Shown: piece by piece, positions 62,824 through 64,000 of the stretch
How the letters are laid out: every line of letters begins with the position of its first letter
How positions within the stretch are numbered: the first letter of the stretch is position 1
Source of the DNA: Mesotaenium endlicherianum
Taxonomy: Eukaryota
Direction of reading: 5' to 3'
Length of the DNA stretch: 64,000 nt
NCBI GenBank assembly: GCA_009602735.1
Contig: WELA01001020.1
Location: 234,356-298,355, forward strand
Notes under the pieces: generated by a model
What the model saw: only the letters and a program-made list of their open reading frames with translations
Database searches by the model: none
Told to the model about the DNA's origin: nothing
Made by a program: the position numbers and the translations under genes

Positions 62824-64000
62824 GTGAGGTCCCGTGAAATGGGGACATCTGTTGAGCTCCCCTCGCACATCGCAATGTTCCCGCGTGCCTGCTCCTCTCG
62901 CCCTGTCAACCCGCCATGTGGCGTCATCTGCATGGCCCTGAAAACTTTGAATGGCGAGAGGGACTCTATGGCTTCCTCCCTCCCTCCCTCCCTCCCTCCC
63001 TGCGCTGCATTCCACAACGCCCGCTTGCACGACTGCTGGGTGCTACCTGCAGCCTGCATCCCTTGCTAGGGGCTGTGCATTTATCTGTGACAGCTGTTGA
63101 CAGCTGTCTACAAGTTTGATTGCTGCACAGGCAGCGGAGTAGTGATAGTAAAGCCCGATGCTGGACCCTACCCAGAACGTGAAACCCAAATCCCAACATC
63201 CTCAGGCTCTACTTCAAAAGCCCTGCGTTGACACCTGTCAGTGTACGCTTTGGCTCGAAGCCTTACATGGGAACGGGATGGTGATGGACATGGGCCCTTG
63301 ACAAGGTGCTTTTGAGAAGGGGGGGGGAGGGGGGGTCTAGGGCTATGGCAGGGGCCCTTGGGGTGACTGGCGGCGAGGGGTCTAGCTAGGGATATGCTAG
63401 CAGGGCTCTTTGCGTTCCTTGTTACCAGGAGTGGAACGTATCTCTTACTCTGAAGGAGAAAGGATGGTGGATATTGACGTGGCTTGGGGGAAGTGCAGGT
63501 GGTTGGTAGTAGGAGTGCACGCCAAGGCAGGGGGGCAGTAGAGGAAGGGGCGCGGGGTGGGGGCGGGGGTGGGGGGGGGGACGTGGAAGGTAGGGGGAAA
63601 GAGGCAAGGAGACAAACTGGCCTGTTCTGACAGTGTGCGTTCGATGCACGACCTCTGGAGGCTATGGATGGGCACGAGAGAGCGCACGGGTGGAGTTCCC
63701 GTGCGTGAGAGTGCTTTGGGGTGTGGGGTGTCAGGATCAGTGCAGCCAGGAGTCTACGCGAGGTTCAAGGACGGGTCTACTCCGGGGTTTTGGGGCCCTT
63801 GGCGTTTAAGGCCGTGTGTCCGTCCCGTATTTGAGGCCCTGGCAGAAAGCGCACGCCCTGTGGGGCCGGTCTGATGCTGGATGCGCGAGTGGGCCGGAGA
63901 GGGCCAGGGCCCCCATGTGGGCGCACCCTCGCAGCCCCCTCCTCCCATGTGCATCGTGGTAGCTCCTTTTCCCTCGCGCGCTCGCTCCAAGCGTGCCGGC

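Noticed and set aside
1..64000. CRISPR arrays, tRNA or rRNA genes, intact transposase or reverse transcriptase ORFs
   Set aside because: No repeat-spacer periodicity, cloverleaf with A/B boxes, rRNA signature or DDE/RT motifs seen by eye.

Overview
Eukaryotic, intron-rich, GC-rich draft-genome segment with GT-AG introns, strong CTRAC branch points, many microsatellites, and N-gaps that abut poly-C/G runs. The plant-type gene set suggests a streptophyte green alga; this is an inference. Seven genes could be reconstructed by hand from splice sites and reading-frame phase. (1) The 3' part of a large surface receptor-like protein with Pmp-like GGA/FxxN beta-helix repeats, an Ig-like segment, Cys-rich repeats, about 9 TM helices and a cytosolic tail (+, 81-10850). 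(2) Ribosome biogenesis factor BRX1 (+). (3) An intronless F-box/LRR-like gene (+). (4) BEACH/WD40 protein GFS12/WDR81 (-), containing a 4083-bp apparently exact tandem duplication that is probably an assembly artefact. (5) An organellar EngB/YihA GTPase (-), head-to-head with (6) GET1/WRB (+), which is split into short exons and largely missed by the ORF track. (7) The 5' part of LTO1/ORAOV1 (+). Most notable observations: the Pmp-repeat multi-TM receptor; introns with C-rich 5' ends and G/GT-rich 3' ends lacking a polypyrimidine tract; and orphan, correctly spliceable exons of other genes lying antisense inside introns, including the catalytic-serine exon of an S9 peptidase. No rRNA, tRNA, CRISPR array or recognisable intact transposon was found.
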